Shown one piece after another: positions 36,210-37,991 of a stretch of DNA of 37,991 bases (position 1 is its first letter; each line of letters begins with the position of its first letter). The notes below the pieces were generated by a model. It had not been told where the DNA came from. It worked only from the letters and a program-made list of their open reading frames with translations, and did no database searches. A program made the position numbers and the translations under genes. Location of the stretch: positions 1-37,991 of IMG/VR virus record IMGVR_UViG_3300028392_000144, one strand, 5' to 3'. The stretch is from a virus. Its lineage: Duplodnaviria > Caudoviricetes.

Positions 36210-36228
36210 TTTGTCGATAGGAGTGAGT

Positions 36229-36684
36229 ATGAGTGAGAACCCAATCCCGTATATCTCGGGAAGTGATAGTGTGCCGGACCCCACCGAATTGGCGTGGGCG
36301 TTTCCTGACGTGAAGCCGGGGCAAACCCCCTTTGGCGGACGCGTGATCATCCAGCTTCGACGCATTAAGAAAAATGCGGGAAAAATCATTTTGGTTGAAG
36401 AAACCAAAGAGAACGAGAAGTGGAACAACATGATCGGCAGGGTGGTGGCAATTGGGCCTTTGGCCTTCAAGAACCGCGAGACCATGGCCTCTTGGCCAGA
36501 AGGAAGCTGGGCGCAGGTAGGCGACTACGTGCGTGTGCCACGCTGGGGCGGAGACCGCTGGGAGCGGCCTGTTACCAACGAGGAGAACGGCGACCTCAAC
36601 CCCGTGCTTTTTATGACCATCAATGATTACGAGCTGATCGCCAAAGTCACGGATGACCCCTTGTCGTTCAAGGCCTACGTTTAA
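36229..36684 (+). CDS. GroES / Cpn10-like co-chaperonin
   Basis: PFGGRVIIQ...GKIIL...GRVVAIGP...VGDYV...IND.ELIA; AGGAG RBS. Confidence 0.8.
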   Translation: MSENPIPYISGSDSVPDPTELAWAFPDVKPGQTPFGGRVIIQLRRIKKNAGKIILVEETKENEKWNNMIGRVVAIGPLAFKNRETMASWPEGSWAQVGDYVRVPRWGGDRWERPVTNEENGDLNPVLFMTINDYELIAKVTDDPLSFKAYV

Positions 36685-36693
36685 GGAGAAATT

Positions 36694-37638
36694 ATGGCTA
36701 CCGAATCCAAAGAGGAAGACCTGTACGTTGAGGAAGGCAAAGACGGCACCGCAACTGTAGAGCTACCTGATAATTTAATGCCTGATGAAAGCTCCGACGA
36801 GCCAAAACAGCAGGCAGCAGACGATAACGATGACGACCATCCAGACGATACCGAAGCGGTTCGCGCCGCCCGCCGGGCTCGCCGCCGGTCCAAAAAGGAC
36901 TTGATTCGCAAGACCAACGAAGAAAAAGACGTCCGCCTGCAGCTCTTGCAGCGCCAAAATGAAGAGCTGATGCAGCGTCTTTCCCGGGTAGAGCAGCGCA
37001 CCCAGCAGCACGACGTGAGCCGGATTGACAAGGCCATGGAGGACAAGCAGGTCCAGCTTGAGTACTACCGCATGAAACTAGCCGAGGCCACCAACTCTGG
37101 CGACGGCCAAGAGGCGGTGCGAGCTCAGGAGGCGCTGTACGAGACCAAGCAGGCCATTGACCAGCTTGCCCACCTCAAGCGGCAGGCCGACCAGCCAGCA
37201 CCCGCCCCGCAAAAGCAGATCAACCCCAGCGTCCAGCGCCACGCAACCAAGTGGATTGAGCGTAACGAGTGGTACAAACCGGACCTTTCGGACACCGACA
37301 GCAAGATCGCCAAGCAGGTCGATGAGGAGATGACCAAGCAGGGCTGGGACGCAGGTTCTGCCGAATATTGGGACGAACTTGACAGCCGGTTGCAAAAATA
37401 TCTGCCGCACCACTATAATGAATCGTCAGATCGACGTGTACGAACTCCGAGGAACACCGTGGGAAGCTCAGGACGCGAAGCATCAGCCGCTTATGGGGGC
37501 ACAAACCGCACCTTTACTCTCTCTGCCGAACAGGTCAGGGCGATGAAGGACGCGGGTATGTGGGACAACCCCGACAAGCGCGCAAAGATGATCAAGCGAT
37601 ATGCAGCCGACGCACGTAACAATCTAAGGAGCAACTAA
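36694..37638 (+). CDS. Putative capsid scaffolding protein
   Basis: Acidic N-terminus, long coiled coil, W..RN.W and Y..ELD.RL motifs; position in the head module. Confidence 0.6.
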   Translation: MATESKEEDLYVEEGKDGTATVELPDNLMPDESSDEPKQQAADDNDDDHPDDTEAVRAARRARRRSKKDLIRKTNEEKDVRLQLLQRQNEELMQRLSRVEQRTQQHDVSRIDKAMEDKQVQLEYYRMKLAEATNSGDGQEAVRAQEALYETKQAIDQLAHLKRQADQPAPAPQKQINPSVQRHATKWIERNEWYKPDLSDTDSKIAKQVDEEMTKQGWDAGSAEYWDELDSRLQKYLPHHYNESSDRRVRTPRNTVGSSGREASAAYGGTNRTFTLSAEQVRAMKDAGMWDNPDKRAKMIKRYAADARNNLRSN

Positions 37639-37639
37639 C

Positions 37640-37991
37640 ATGGAATCTCGTCTAAAAAAATCTCTATCTGCTGGTGGACGCAATGATCGCGCAAGCGAGG
37701 ACGCTACACGTGCAGCCCCTGAAGAGAAGTTTATTTCTGCGCAGGAACGTCGCAAGATGTGGAGCGAGGAATTTACACAATCAGCACTGCCAAAACTTCC
37801 CAACCTTGACGGTTGGCATTTAATATGGCTCTCGTCAACCAACAGCTACGACAGCATTGATAAACGGATGCGCCAAGGGTACGTTCCAGTTAAGTCTGAA
37901 GAGTTACCGGGCTATGAAGATTACAAGGTCAAGTCGGGTCAGCACGTTGGTCACATCTCTTGCAATGAGATGTTGTTGTTCAAAATACCGA
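37640..37991 (+). CDS. Head-module protein, 3'-truncated
   Basis: TAAGGAG RBS; MESRLKKSLSAGGR...GWHLIWLS...GYVPVK; open to the window end. Confidence 0.75.
   Translation, partial: MESRLKKSLSAGGRNDRASEDATRAAPEEKFISAQERRKMWSEEFTQSALPKLPNLDGWHLIWLSSTNSYDSIDKRMRQGYVPVKSEELPGYEDYKVKSGQHVGHISCNEMLLFKIP

Noticed and set aside
35475-36485. 336-aa antisense ORF
   Set aside because: Spans four plausible plus-strand genes and has non-protein-like composition.

Overview
This window looks like most of a circularly permuted tailed dsDNA phage genome. It is probably podovirus-like with a proteobacterial host, inferred from gene types. Order: holin (partial) and GH24 endolysin; head-tail adaptor, tail and putative ejection proteins (712-13777); a terminator; a leftward recombination/ssDNA-binding operon (13902-16197); divergent promoters and a Cro-like gene; lambdoid replication/recombination genes (two DUF1376-like, P-like loader, RusA, NinB, Ref-like); about 20 small accessory ORFs; TerS and TerL; three large polyvalent effector-like genes; portal, GroES-like, scaffold-like and a truncated head gene. 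I saw no major capsid gene, integrase, CI repressor, tRNA or CRISPR array. The most unusual signals are five. (1) A recurring x-A-[DEKH]-G-G motif, with a companion helical motif, sits at effector-domain boundaries in putative virion cargo proteins. (2) A tail protein has 7+7 half-domain repeats nested like balanced parentheses. (3) A putative ejection protein interleaves TonB-box-like motifs with 15 Cys-paired repeats. (4) A 58-aa ORF is overprinted on the first effector gene. (5) There are several candidate cis-regulatory RNA structures. All family assignments come from motif recognition by eye; no searches were run.
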